Positions 28,326 through 38,683 of a stretch of 64,000 bases of DNA are shown here, piece after piece; the first letter of the stretch is position 1; every line of letters begins with the position of its first letter. The DNA comes from an uncultured bacterium. GTDB taxonomy: Bacteria; Acidobacteriota; HRBIN11; JAKEFK01. A program made the translations under genes and the position numbers. The notes beneath the pieces were generated by a model, which did not search any database, was not told the origin of the DNA, and saw only the letters and a program-made list of their open reading frames with translations. The DNA lies in assembly GCA_963777505.1 (NCBI GenBank), contig CAVZQN010000004.1, positions 704,001 to 768,000 on the forward strand, given 5' to 3'.

Positions 28326-29633
28326 ATGAAATCACGAACAACGATTCTCGTTTTGTGCCTATTCGTGATTCTCTGCGCAGCCTTTTTTGTGACCGCTTCA
28401 TCACAACGCTTTAAACCGGCTCCGGAAAGTTCGTTTGATGCTGCGATCGCAAATAATGCGAAACAGATGATTGCAGAAGGCAGAAGGATTTTTCGTTTTG
28501 ACACATTCGGAGATCAAGCATTTTGGGGCGATAGTCTCCGGTTGCATGAAGCAATTCAAAACGTAAGCCCTGCTACAGCCCTGGCAGTGGGTTTAAAGGT
28601 TGATTCCGCTGCGTTACCCCCGGAAGTAATCCAGGCGATTCAGCAAGGGACTGTCAATTTAAATGACCCTGCTGTAACGCGCACATTACTGCAAGCGAAA
28701 GCCGTTGTTGGAGTGACCGGATTTTTTTCCGGAAACAATCTCACTTCAATTGGAATTCAATGCGCACTCTGCCATTCAACTGTTGATAATTCAATTGCAA
28801 ATGGTATTGGCCGCAGACTTGATGGATGGCCCAACCGTGATTTGGACATCGGACAAATTGTAGCGCTTGCACCCAATCTTCAGCCGGTGGCGGATTTACT
28901 TGAAACGGATCAAGCTACAGTCCGCACGGTTTTGCGAAGTTGGGGACCAGGAAAATTTGATGCAGAACTTCTGCTTGATGGAAAAGCATTTCGTGAAGAC
29001 GGTAGTTCAGCTGCTGTCTTGATTCCGCCAGCGTTCGGTCTCGCCGGAATTAATGATGCAACATGGACTGGAAGCTGGGGAACAGTCAGCTATTGGAATG
29101 CATTTGTTGCAAATCTTGAAATGCATGGACAAGGCACGTTTATCGATCCACGCTTGAACAATGCAACCAAATTTCCAGTTGCTGCAAAAGCCGGATTTGG
29201 AAATATTCGAAGTAATCCCGATTTGATTACATCGAAACTACCGGCTCTGCATTTCTATCAACTTTCAATCCCGGCTCCCACGCCGCCAGCTGGTACTTTT
29301 GATTCATCGGCAGCAGCGCGTGGAGAAGATCTTTTCAATTCAAAAGCAAAATGTGCAAGATGCCATGTTCCTCCAATATTTACTGAACCTGGCTGGAATC
29401 TTCATACTGCTGAAAGCATCGGTATCGATGATTTTCAAGCGAAAAGATCTCCGGATAATAGATACCGCACTTCTCCTTTGAAAGGATTGTTTGCGCATGA
29501 AAAAGGTGGCTTCTATCATGATGGAAGATTTAGAACTCTGATGGATGTCATCAATCATTACAACGGACACTTCAATCTAGGTTTGAGTGATTCGGAGAAA
29601 GCTGATCTGGAACAATATTTAAGATCGATATAA
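28326..29633 (+). CDS. Secreted di-heme c-type cytochrome (cytochrome c peroxidase/RoxA-like superfamily)
   Basis: Signal peptide; two CXXCH motifs (CALCH, CARCH); 'RG..LF...A.C..CH.PP.FT' and 'P.L.GL......FYHDGR...L.DV' C-terminal pattern. Confidence 0.8.
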   Translation: MKSRTTILVLCLFVILCAAFFVTASSQRFKPAPESSFDAAIANNAKQMIAEGRRIFRFDTFGDQAFWGDSLRLHEAIQNVSPATALAVGLKVDSAALPPEVIQAIQQGTVNLNDPAVTRTLLQAKAVVGVTGFFSGNNLTSIGIQCALCHSTVDNSIANGIGRRLDGWPNRDLDIGQIVALAPNLQPVADLLETDQATVRTVLRSWGPGKFDAELLLDGKAFREDGSSAAVLIPPAFGLAGINDATWTGSWGTVSYWNAFVANLEMHGQGTFIDPRLNNATKFPVAAKAGFGNIRSNPDLITSKLPALHFYQLSIPAPTPPAGTFDSSAAARGEDLFNSKAKCARCHVPPIFTEPGWNLHTAESIGIDDFQAKRSPDNRYRTSPLKGLFAHEKGGFYHDGRFRTLMDVINHYNGHFNLGLSDSEKADLEQYLRSI

Positions 29634-29637
29634 AAGC

Positions 29638-29692
29638 GTAAGGGACCGCAGGCGTCCCGCCTGCATAAGGGATCGCGGACGTCTCGTCCGCA
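29638..29692. repeat. Tandem pair of short palindromic repeats
   Basis: GTAAGGGACCGCAGGCGTCCCGCCTGCAT plus AAGGGATCGCGGACGTCTCGTCCGCA between convergent genes. Confidence 0.7.
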
Positions 29693-29694
29693 CC

Positions 29695-31774
29695 TTATTG
29701 GGTTAACACTCGAATTCGATTTTCTAGTTGTGCCCGTTGCGGCCAATCAGATGGAGACGTCCGTTAAAAGCTCTTTGTATGTCGCGAGCGCTTCTTCTTT
29801 CCTGTTCAGGTTTTCAAGGACGAAGCCAAGAGCAAATCGTGCACGCAGCATTTTCTTATTTTTTGATGTAAGCCTTGAAAGTCTCGTTTGCGCTTCATCC
29901 CATCGTTTCAACTGGACTAAAAGAAATGCAAGGTTGGCTTCACTTTCTTCATAATTGGGGTTCAGCGAGAGTGCTCGCAGATAAGCTGCCTCTGCCTCTT
30001 TAGCCTGTCCTAGATTTTGATATGCAATTGCTAGATTGTTCCAATACGATGCTTTGGGTTGATTCTTGATCGCTATCAATAATTCCTGAACTGATTTCTG
30101 AGGTTCGCCTTTTTGCGTGTAAAGAATCCCAAGCTGGTTGTGGAATTCGGGCAGGTCCTGATTCAGCAGCCCAAGTGCTTCATCCCATCGTTTCTGAGCA
30201 ACATAAAAAGACGCTAGTTCGAAAGTAGCTTCATGATAAAAAGGAAACCGGTTGATTGCATCTTTAAGAATTTTTTCTGCATCTGCCGGTTTTTGAATGC
30301 GGTTATAAGCTTTGGCGAGTTGAACGGCCACCTCCGGATCCGGCAATCGATTTAAGGAAGTTGAATATGCTTTTGCTGCATCGGAATATTTGCGCTGTGC
30401 GCCAAAAGCATCGCCAAGAAAACGATATGCGAGGCCATTATGCTTTTCGGTGTTTGTAATTTCTAAAAAGCTTTTTTCTGCTTGCGGATATTTTTCTTGC
30501 TGTAAAAGAATCATGCCCTGTCTAAATCTTTCGATAACTTCAATCTTCGTCTTTGGATCGGCACCTGTTTGCGCCACAGTAGCTCCAACATAGCCAAGGC
30601 TTCTCAATTTTTCTTGTTCTTCCTCAGACAGGGTGCTTTCATTCTGTTTTGATGAAGTTTTGGAATACCCGCGAATCGCATTCTGGCATTCCTGAACTGA
30701 GCTCTTTTTAATAAGGTTTTGAAGTTCTGTTGGATCGTTCGTAAGATCATAAAATTCTGCGTCAGGGGCGTGGATAAATTTTTTCCCTTCGCGAATGCAT
30801 GCAAAAAGCGGGGCATATCCAAAATTTCGCTGTGCATACAGAGACTCTGCCAGTATCGTGCGATTCTTCGGTTGGGTAAGAAGCGAAATACCATCAAACG
30901 AATTCGTTCGTGCATTAACGCCTGCGAGCTGAAGGATTGTCGGTGCAATATCAGAAAGTGTAACGGGATCGTTTCGTATTCCGGCTTTGAGACCTGGCGC
31001 GCGGATTATCAATGGCACATGTAAGGTCGCGTTGTAAACAAAAACAGCATGTGTGGATTCTTTGTGTTCACCGAGACTTTCACCGTGATCGGCTGTAATG
31101 ATTACAATTGAGTCCGGACCGATCCCTTGCAAAAGCCGTGAGATTTGATAGTCAACGAATGCGATTTCGCCATCGTATGCCGCATCGGGGAATTTTTTCC
31201 TGAACTGTTCGGGAGGTTCATACTCTGTATGCGGATCAAAATAATGTACCCAGAGAAAATAAGGTGACGTGAAGTTTTTCATTTCCTGTAATGCAAGATC
31301 TGTTGTTACATTGGCTGCTCTTTCTGCGCCTGGAAATTCATCGTGATATACATCAAACCCACGATTGAGACCGAATGCTGAAAACAATGGCGCTGCAGAG
31401 ACAATCGCGGACGTATGGTATCCATTTTGTTTGAGTAATTCCTGAACCATCGGCGACTTCGTCAGCTGAAAATGAGCATTGTCCCGGATTCCATGATGTT
31501 CAGGATAAAGACCGCTGAGTATCGTTGCATGCGATGGAAGAGTTATAGGAACGGCGGCATAAGCATTTTTGAAAAGCAACGATTGTTTCGCGAAACGATC
31601 CAGATTAGGGGAAGTTGCTTTCGAGTATCCATAACAACCCAGGTGATCGGCACGAAGTGTATCAATTGTTATCAAAACAATATTGGTTTTCGATTGAGAT
31701 TCAACGGGAACTCTAGACGAAAAAACGAACAATAGGACCAACGCTGAAAGTAGGAGGCGGTTTTTTACTGACAT
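29695..31774 (-). CDS. Sulfatase-fold (alkaline phosphatase superfamily) hydrolase with TPR repeats, copy 3; apparent frameshift near 29758
   Basis: IDTLRADH, TLPSH, HYFDPH, DHGE, LRSLGY and TPRs. The called ORF stops at 29747, but an adjacent frame gives SPSDWPQRAQLENRIRVLTQ* (stop 29695), matching the paralog tail TPEDWKQQAAARLRELQ. Confidence 0.85.
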
Positions 31775-33735
31775 TTTTTTTGGAAACGATCGGTCAGGCT
31801 TGAAGAAATGTTTTGCGATTTTCCGATTATGTCTTTTGCATTCGCACAATCACCCGCATTCAAAAATGCATCCAGCGCACTTTCCCACTGCTCTTTACTT
31901 GCATGGATTAATCCCATCCCTTTCCATGCTGGAGCGGACTTGCTGTTGGCGTCCAACGCCAGCCGAAAGTATTTTTCTGCTCCGGCTGCATCACGTGAAG
32001 TCAAACAAATTCCTGCGGCATTAAGCGCCTCTTTTTCTTGAAGGGGTCTTAAGGCAGAAAGTTTTCCGTATGCCGCCAGTGCGTCTTGATCTCTTTCAAA
32101 ATGGGAAAAGAGCCATGTTGCGAGAGTCAGTGCCCGAACGTTAGGAGTTCCTGTATTTACAACAGGCAGGATCAGCTCCAGTGACTGTTGATACTTTTTC
32201 ATGTCGAAATAAGTTTCAGATAAATCCAAAAGAGTCTCACCTTGATGTAATTCGGATTTCATTGCACTTTCAAGCAAAGGGATTGCTTCATTATTCTTCC
32301 CTTGTTTGCGCAAAACATTTGCCAGGAATTTTTTGGCAATCACATTTTCAGGCTGTCTTTTTAGCACATCACGAAAAAGCGTTTCTGATTCGTTCCACTG
32401 ACTGAGTTGCGCATGACGCACGGCAGACTCGATTGTTGTCCAGAGTTTGATTCCATCTTTTGGATCAAAACCTGAATTCATCACGCTGCCGCTGCCTCCC
32501 GTAACGTATCCCAGGCTTGCAAGTTTTTCTCGTGTTTCGGCATCGAGTTCGGCATTTGGAACTGCTGGCGTGTTCTTACTTCGATGCTTGTTCAGTTCTG
32601 AACGGTAGGAATTTGGTACCGCGGAAGAGGAATAGAGATTTTTTGACTCCTTTGGATCTTTTGCAAGATCATAAAACTCAGATTTGGGAGCATCAATCCA
32701 TTTTTTTTGATTCCATCGGATCGAATGCAATGGAGCCCAACCCATAAGCATGTTTGTGTAATAACTCTCACTGTAAGCAGGAAGCTCCTTGCCGGTTCCC
32801 TTCAAATGCGGCATCAGGCTGATGCCTGAAAACGATGGTTTTTTTACCAAAGAGGCAAGATCGGCAATCGTAGGCGCTACATCAATAAGCCTGACCTGTT
32901 CTTTGATTTTCCGCGGTGCTAATCCAGGCGACGAAATGATGAGAGGTACCTTCAGGGTTTCATCGTACAGAAACACGCCATGGTTTTCTTCTCCATGATC
33001 GCCGAGTGCTTCTCCATGGTCAGATAATAGTATTACAATTGTAGTACTATCTAATTTCTTGTCCTTTAGAAACTGAAGGATGTTACCAATCACTCGATCC
33101 GTGTACTCGATTTCTCCATCATATGTTTGTGGATATTGTGAGGGAGGATTGTAGCCAAAATGTGGATCGAAGAAATGCAAGAAACAGAACCAGGATCCTT
33201 TCTGCGTTTCAAGCCATTCACGCCCAAGTTTCCAGACAGTTTCTGCGCGCCTTTCCACGTGACGATTCGCTTCAGGATCGTGTCCGGAACCGATTTTATC
33301 CTCGTAAAATTGGAATCCTTGATCGACTTGAAAGCTCGAATCCAAAGAGAAAGAACCAATTACTGCGCCGGTAGCATATCCATTTTGGCGGAATAGTTCT
33401 GCGAGAGTTACATATTTCTTATCAAGGACAAAATTTTCGTTGTTTCTCACCCCATGTTGATCCGGATACAAGCCTGTAAAAATTGAAGAATGCGACGGAA
33501 GCGTTAAAGGCACCTGCGAAATTGTGTTTTCAAAAAGAACAGATTTAGTTGCAAATGAATCGATTGCCGGCGTTCGTTTTGAGTACCCATAACATCCAAG
33601 CCGGTCTGCTCGCAGCGTATCAATGGAAATTAAAAGCACATTCGATTGAGCTGCAATAGCTGATGAGCTAACCAAACTCACTAAAATTGTTAGAAATAAG
33701 TATTCAAATCGACCGAGTTTCATAAACTTAATCAT
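31765..33735 (-). CDS. Sulfatase-fold hydrolase with TPR repeats, copy 2
   Basis: Signal peptide, IDTLRADR, TLPSH, HFFDPH, DHGE, LASLGY and TPR-like C-terminus. Confidence 0.88.
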   Translation of the reverse strand: MIKFMKLGRFEYLFLTILVSLVSSSAIAAQSNVLLISIDTLRADRLGCYGYSKRTPAIDSFATKSVLFENTISQVPLTLPSHSSIFTGLYPDQHGVRNNENFVLDKKYVTLAELFRQNGYATGAVIGSFSLDSSFQVDQGFQFYEDKIGSGHDPEANRHVERRAETVWKLGREWLETQKGSWFCFLHFFDPHFGYNPPSQYPQTYDGEIEYTDRVIGNILQFLKDKKLDSTTIVILLSDHGEALGDHGEENHGVFLYDETLKVPLIISSPGLAPRKIKEQVRLIDVAPTIADLASLVKKPSFSGISLMPHLKGTGKELPAYSESYYTNMLMGWAPLHSIRWNQKKWIDAPKSEFYDLAKDPKESKNLYSSSAVPNSYRSELNKHRSKNTPAVPNAELDAETREKLASLGYVTGGSGSVMNSGFDPKDGIKLWTTIESAVRHAQLSQWNESETLFRDVLKRQPENVIAKKFLANVLRKQGKNNEAIPLLESAMKSELHQGETLLDLSETYFDMKKYQQSLELILPVVNTGTPNVRALTLATWLFSHFERDQDALAAYGKLSALRPLQEKEALNAAGICLTSRDAAGAEKYFRLALDANSKSAPAWKGMGLIHASKEQWESALDAFLNAGDCANAKDIIGKSQNISSSLTDRFQKKCQ

Positions 33736-33784
33736 GATCGTGCTCGTAATCGTGATCGATCAAGATCAAGAGCACGAGTATGAT
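33736..33784. repeat. Short imperfect inverted repeat (ATCGTGCTCGTAATCG...GAGCACGAGTATGA)
   Basis: TCGTGCTC/GAGCACGA arms filling the intergenic gap. Confidence 0.5.
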
Positions 33785-35743
33785 TCATTGCAGTTCACGA
33801 AGTCTTGCGGCAGCTTGTTGTTTCCAATCCTCAGGGGTATTTGGTGCAGCAGCGATTTGTTTGTATAGCTCAATCGCTTCGGCTGTTTTGTTCTGTTTTG
33901 TAAAGACAAGCGCAAGATTCATTTTTGTTTGCGGATCGGATGGATCAATCTTCAGGGCCTGCGTTAGTTTTGCTTCACTACCGGAAAAATCCATTTGTTG
34001 AAACAAACATGTTGCAAAACCGTTTAAGGCTTGAATGTTTTTCTGATCCGAACGCAAAACCTGTTCGAATTCTTTCTTCGCGAGTTCAACTTTCTTAGTT
34101 TGGATATACAGATTGCCTAAGTCGACCCGCAAATCCAGATCATTTGGATCTATGTCCAATGCTCCGCGAATATTCTTGATTGCAGCAGCAAAATTACCCA
34201 GATTCATTTCTGCTTCAGCAGACAGAATAAGCGCGTCGGCATTTCCAGTTTCAAGCTTCTGCAAAGCATCCGCCCATCTTTTTGCTTCTGCCGGCTTTCC
34301 TAATTGGAGACAGACAGAAGCCATTCGATAGAGTGCCAAAGAATTGTTCGGATCCTTTGACAACACTTTTTCTAAGATTGTTCTCGCCTGTTCTTTACGA
34401 TTCGCTTCCGCATATTTTTGAGCTAGAAATCCAAGCACCATCGGATTATCAGGATCCTTTTTTTGGGCACGCTCAAGAATTGCAATCGATTCATCAGGTT
34501 TTGTTTTTTCTAGATCTACCGCCATTTCAATTTGGTTCCAGATTGCAATTTGATCTTTCGGATCAATATTGCTTGAACCTTTGATCGATGGATTTCCACT
34601 TACGTATCCAAGTGCAGCAAGCTGCTCTTCAAGTTCCGGTGAGATCTTTTCCTGTTTGTGCGGAGTGAGTGCGGGAATCTTTTTTCTTAAAGAATTCACG
34701 ATTTCAGGCTTCTTATCTGCAATATTCCTTGTTTCTTTCGGATCAGATAGAAGATGATACAGCTCAGCTTTTGGAGCCTGGATGTATTTCCATTCATCGG
34801 TGCGAATAGCTGTTAATGGACTCCATCCGAGTTGTAGCTGCGGAAATAATGACTCCATGAAGGCGGCACCTCCAGCTTTTTCTGGAAGCAGAGAGCCATC
34901 TAATCCTGATGGTGGAGAAAGCTTTAGAATCCGCAGAATTGTGGGAAGAAAATCTACCAGTTTTGTCTGTGGTTTAATTTTTTGTGGTGGACTGCCAGGG
35001 ACTTGTATGAAGAACGGAACGTGCATCGTGCTGTCATAAACGAAAATTCTGTGAGTCATCTCACCATGTTCTCCGAGACTTTCGCCATGATCGCCTGCAA
35101 CAGCAATCACCGGTTGAAATGAGCTGAATTTCTGCAACAGAATACCGATTTGTTTATCAACAAATTCAATTTCTCCTTCGTAACCACCATTTAGATAAGG
35201 AGTATGTGGATCGTAGAAATGCACCCAAACGAAAAAAGGCGGGGTAATCTTCGTTTTCAAAACTGAAGATATAACAACATCGGCACTTCTTTCGGAGCGA
35301 AAATCGAGGGACTGGTTTTTTTGACGTGGGAACAAATCATCATAAATTTCAAAACCTTGATTCAAGCCAAAACGGTGATCCAGTGGGAATCCGCCGACAA
35401 AAGCGTAAGTATGATAGCCATTCGTGCGAAGAATTTCTGCGAGTGTTACTTCACGTTGGCTAACCGTTCCGGCATTGTCGTGAGTTCCATGATGAATAGG
35501 ATATCGGCCTGTCATCAATGAGGTATGAGAGGGAAGCGTCAGCGGAGCCTGACAAACTGCATTTTCAAAAAAAAGACTCGCTGCTGCAATAGCGTCTAAA
35601 TTTGGGGTTCGTACTTTGCGATTACCGTAAGAGCCAAGATGATCTGCGCGAAGTGTATCAATTGTGATGAGCAGCAGATTCGGCTTTTCAGCAGCTAAAA
35701 TCGCAGGGAACAATAAGAATAGGCAAAACGCAAAACGACCCAT
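33785..35743 (-). CDS. Sulfatase-fold hydrolase with TPR repeats, copy 1
   Basis: Signal peptide, IDTLRADH, TLPSH, HFYDPH, DHGE, LAALGY and several TPRs. Confidence 0.88.
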   Translation of the reverse strand: MGRFAFCLFLLFPAILAAEKPNLLLITIDTLRADHLGSYGNRKVRTPNLDAIAAASLFFENAVCQAPLTLPSHTSLMTGRYPIHHGTHDNAGTVSQREVTLAEILRTNGYHTYAFVGGFPLDHRFGLNQGFEIYDDLFPRQKNQSLDFRSERSADVVISSVLKTKITPPFFVWVHFYDPHTPYLNGGYEGEIEFVDKQIGILLQKFSSFQPVIAVAGDHGESLGEHGEMTHRIFVYDSTMHVPFFIQVPGSPPQKIKPQTKLVDFLPTILRILKLSPPSGLDGSLLPEKAGGAAFMESLFPQLQLGWSPLTAIRTDEWKYIQAPKAELYHLLSDPKETRNIADKKPEIVNSLRKKIPALTPHKQEKISPELEEQLAALGYVSGNPSIKGSSNIDPKDQIAIWNQIEMAVDLEKTKPDESIAILERAQKKDPDNPMVLGFLAQKYAEANRKEQARTILEKVLSKDPNNSLALYRMASVCLQLGKPAEAKRWADALQKLETGNADALILSAEAEMNLGNFAAAIKNIRGALDIDPNDLDLRVDLGNLYIQTKKVELAKKEFEQVLRSDQKNIQALNGFATCLFQQMDFSGSEAKLTQALKIDPSDPQTKMNLALVFTKQNKTAEAIELYKQIAAAPNTPEDWKQQAAARLRELQ

Positions 35744-35776
35744 CGCTCATTTTTTGTGTCTTTGTGGTTAATCCAT

Positions 35777-38566
35777 TTACCAGTTGAACTTGATTCCGAA
35801 TTGCAGCTGTCGTGGTTCAAACACTTCAGTCGCTTGCGCAAAACCTTCAACAGGTGTGCCTACGTCGTCATCTCCAACTGTGCGGCTTACAGTGACAGGC
35901 CTGAAGTTAAAATTTGTCCGATTAAAGAGATTGAAAGTCTCAAAGAGTAGTTCAAGTCTAAAAGGTTCCCAGCCGAAATTATATCCAACCCGTAAATCTA
36001 CCTGGAAGAAGTCTGTTCCGCGTCCAAAATTTCGTGGCATATTACCTGGGCGATCCGCTGGTGGAATTGCAAAAGTATCACCAGGTCCTAAATCGGGTCT
36101 GTCATTGCAACAGAATCCGTCACTGTTGTGGTTTCGGTCCAAAAGGAAATTAACAGGAATAGCAGAAGAGGCTCGAACTATACCGCCGAGTTGAATGCCC
36201 ATCTGCATGTCATACACACCGCCGAACGCAAAGACATGCCGTTGATCATGCGTCCCTGGCCCTTTTTCAGCACCTAGATCTGCCTGATTACTTGGCTCTG
36301 AAACACTGAAAAAATCTGCTGCATCTTCTTCCACTTTAGAAAGCGTGTACGATGCAGTAAGGCTTAAATTGTTGCTGAAACGTTTTGACACATTTGTTTG
36401 CAGTGCATGATACCAGGATCCTGCATCAGTGAGCAGCAAACGGACGCGATTGTACTGAGGGAATGGTCTCGGTTCAGGATCAACAAGATTTACTGGAGCA
36501 TTTAAGTTGCGTTCACGCGTGAGATCCTGACCACGAACGTATACATAATCGGCGCTGATTACCAGGTCGCTGGCAAGCTCTTGCTGAAGACCTATCGAGG
36601 CCTGATCGGAGAACGCAACGTCGCCATTGCTCATCGGCCGAACGTCAAATGCACCGTCCTCATAAAAGGAAGGATCCGGAAAACCACAACAAATTTGTGC
36701 CAGAACAACCGGATCAGTAATCGCCTGGACCACGTACTTTTCTCCATTAAACATTAAAGCGTTATTGTAGACATTATGGAAAATGGGCTTGTAGTAACGG
36801 CCATAGCCGCCGCGCATAATCGATTTACCGCTGCCGGTTAGATCGAATGTGAAGCCCAAACGAGGGGCGAAGTTATTTTTGTCAACAGGGGGTATTTTCC
36901 CTAACGTGATATCAGCCGTAAGTGGCACTTCCGACTGCGGACCGTCAAAACTTTCGATGTCATAACGAAGCCCAAGGTTGAGAGTGAAGCGATCATTTAC
37001 GCGCCAGTCATCCTGAACAAATACTGAAAATTGGTGGTTCGTATCTTCGTTTACAGGATCTCCTGTACCAACGAAAAAGTAGGTTGGAAATGTATCAGGA
37101 TTGTTCGGATCAAATGGTTCATCTGTTCCAAAGAAGTAACCGCCTCCGAAATATTGAGCAAATAGGATTTCTGGTTTGATGTAAATGTAATCGACGCCCG
37201 TCTTGACTGTATGTTCTCCTTTATTCGTATTAAAAACTTGTGTGTAGGTGTCCAGGAATTCAAACCTGTTTTCCTCAAAACGCTGCGGACAGCAATAATG
37301 ATGTCCAGTGACAGCACTGGGTCTGTACAAAGCCGGGCCAACACCTTCTACAACGTCTTCTCGGACAATTCTTCCATATTGAAAGAGCGCTTCATTGTAG
37401 GAACTATCTGAAAGTATGGCATTGTGCGAAACAGCAGCCGATTGGGATTCTATGTTCTGAACAATCCCCTCCACATATCTGCCGCCAGCATAAAAACCTG
37501 CCTCCGAGCGGTCCTGAAAGTTATATCGGAACACCATTGACTGATCTTCATTAAGGTTATGATTGACCTTACCAGTGAATAGCTTCAGATCAATTGGTTT
37601 CGGACGGACTCCAGTAGGAAATTGTGGAACTGGAGCAACGGAAAGGGAGCCATCACGATTGGTTTGTTCGTAGGCAGCGAAAAAGAAAGTTCTGTTTTCT
37701 ACGATCGGTCCACCCAGAGTTGCGCCGCCTTGTTGTTGATCAACTGGAAAATCTACGTTGTTTTGTTCTGAAAAGAAGTCTTGAGAATCAAGCTCGTCAG
37801 GGCGAAAGAAGAAAAATGCGTTTCCATGAAATTCATTGGTTCCTGATTTTGAAATTACGTTTACAACACCCGATGTCGAACGTCCATATTCAGCTGAAAA
37901 TCTATTTGTAAGGAGTTGGAATTCTTGTATTCCTTCTTGCGTGAAAAGGCTACGTGCTTCATTTGTATAAGAGAAGTTGTTTTCGGCGCCATCAATTGTG
38001 TAATTGACCGCATCACCGCGTTGTCCGCCGATCGTGAATTGTCCGTAATTCACAAGTGTGCCGACTGCTTTAACACCAGGAGCTAATAAAGCCAGCTGTG
38101 TATAATCACGGCCGTTTAACGGTAGGCTTTCAATGCTTTCGTCCGTTATAGTCTGTCCAAGAGCCGATTTTGTTGCATCGATTAACGGGGTTTCACCGAC
38201 AATCTCCACTGATTCTTGAGTTGCCGATGCCAGCTTTAGCGTAAGATCCTTTATGATTTCTTTTCCAACGGTGAGAATGATTCCCGTTTGCGTTTCTTTA
38301 GCAAACCCCGCTACTTCAACAGAAATGTTGTAGGTTCCTGGCTGCAAAAGAGAGATACGGTATGAACCATTTTCTTCCGAAGTTGTGCTTCGCGAAATAT
38401 TTGTCGCAACATTCAATGCCGTAACCGTTGCACCTGGCAAAGGTCCACCTTTATCGTCACTTACTGTGCCAATGACGGTTGCAGTTGTTTCTGCTGCGAA
38501 AATGTTGGTTGTTATAAGAAGAAAAAGAAAAAAGAAACCGATAACTCCAGTGGTACAGCGTCTCAT
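35777..38566 (-). CDS. TonB-dependent receptor, Oar/Acidobacteria type with carboxypeptidase-regulatory-like N-terminal domain
   Basis: G.V.D..G.PLPGATVT, LPLNGR, AEYGR...GVVN...KSGTNEFHG, QDDWRV...TLNLGLRY, NNFAPRLG and C-terminal PRQLQFGIKFNW. Confidence 0.93.
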   Translation of the reverse strand: MRRCTTGVIGFFFLFLLITTNIFAAETTATVIGTVSDDKGGPLPGATVTALNVATNISRSTTSEENGSYRISLLQPGTYNISVEVAGFAKETQTGIILTVGKEIIKDLTLKLASATQESVEIVGETPLIDATKSALGQTITDESIESLPLNGRDYTQLALLAPGVKAVGTLVNYGQFTIGGQRGDAVNYTIDGAENNFSYTNEARSLFTQEGIQEFQLLTNRFSAEYGRSTSGVVNVISKSGTNEFHGNAFFFFRPDELDSQDFFSEQNNVDFPVDQQQGGATLGGPIVENRTFFFAAYEQTNRDGSLSVAPVPQFPTGVRPKPIDLKLFTGKVNHNLNEDQSMVFRYNFQDRSEAGFYAGGRYVEGIVQNIESQSAAVSHNAILSDSSYNEALFQYGRIVREDVVEGVGPALYRPSAVTGHHYCCPQRFEENRFEFLDTYTQVFNTNKGEHTVKTGVDYIYIKPEILFAQYFGGGYFFGTDEPFDPNNPDTFPTYFFVGTGDPVNEDTNHQFSVFVQDDWRVNDRFTLNLGLRYDIESFDGPQSEVPLTADITLGKIPPVDKNNFAPRLGFTFDLTGSGKSIMRGGYGRYYKPIFHNVYNNALMFNGEKYVVQAITDPVVLAQICCGFPDPSFYEDGAFDVRPMSNGDVAFSDQASIGLQQELASDLVISADYVYVRGQDLTRERNLNAPVNLVDPEPRPFPQYNRVRLLLTDAGSWYHALQTNVSKRFSNNLSLTASYTLSKVEEDAADFFSVSEPSNQADLGAEKGPGTHDQRHVFAFGGVYDMQMGIQLGGIVRASSAIPVNFLLDRNHNSDGFCCNDRPDLGPGDTFAIPPADRPGNMPRNFGRGTDFFQVDLRVGYNFGWEPFRLELLFETFNLFNRTNFNFRPVTVSRTVGDDDVGTPVEGFAQATEVFEPRQLQFGIKFNW

Positions 38567-38683
38567 GTTGTTAGCCTCCGTTAACCCTGGTCGGATCTAC
38601 TCATTTCAATTTGGAAAAGAACTGTGTACACCCATTATACAACGAAATTCTATAACAAAAGATGAACTTATCTGAGTGGATTT

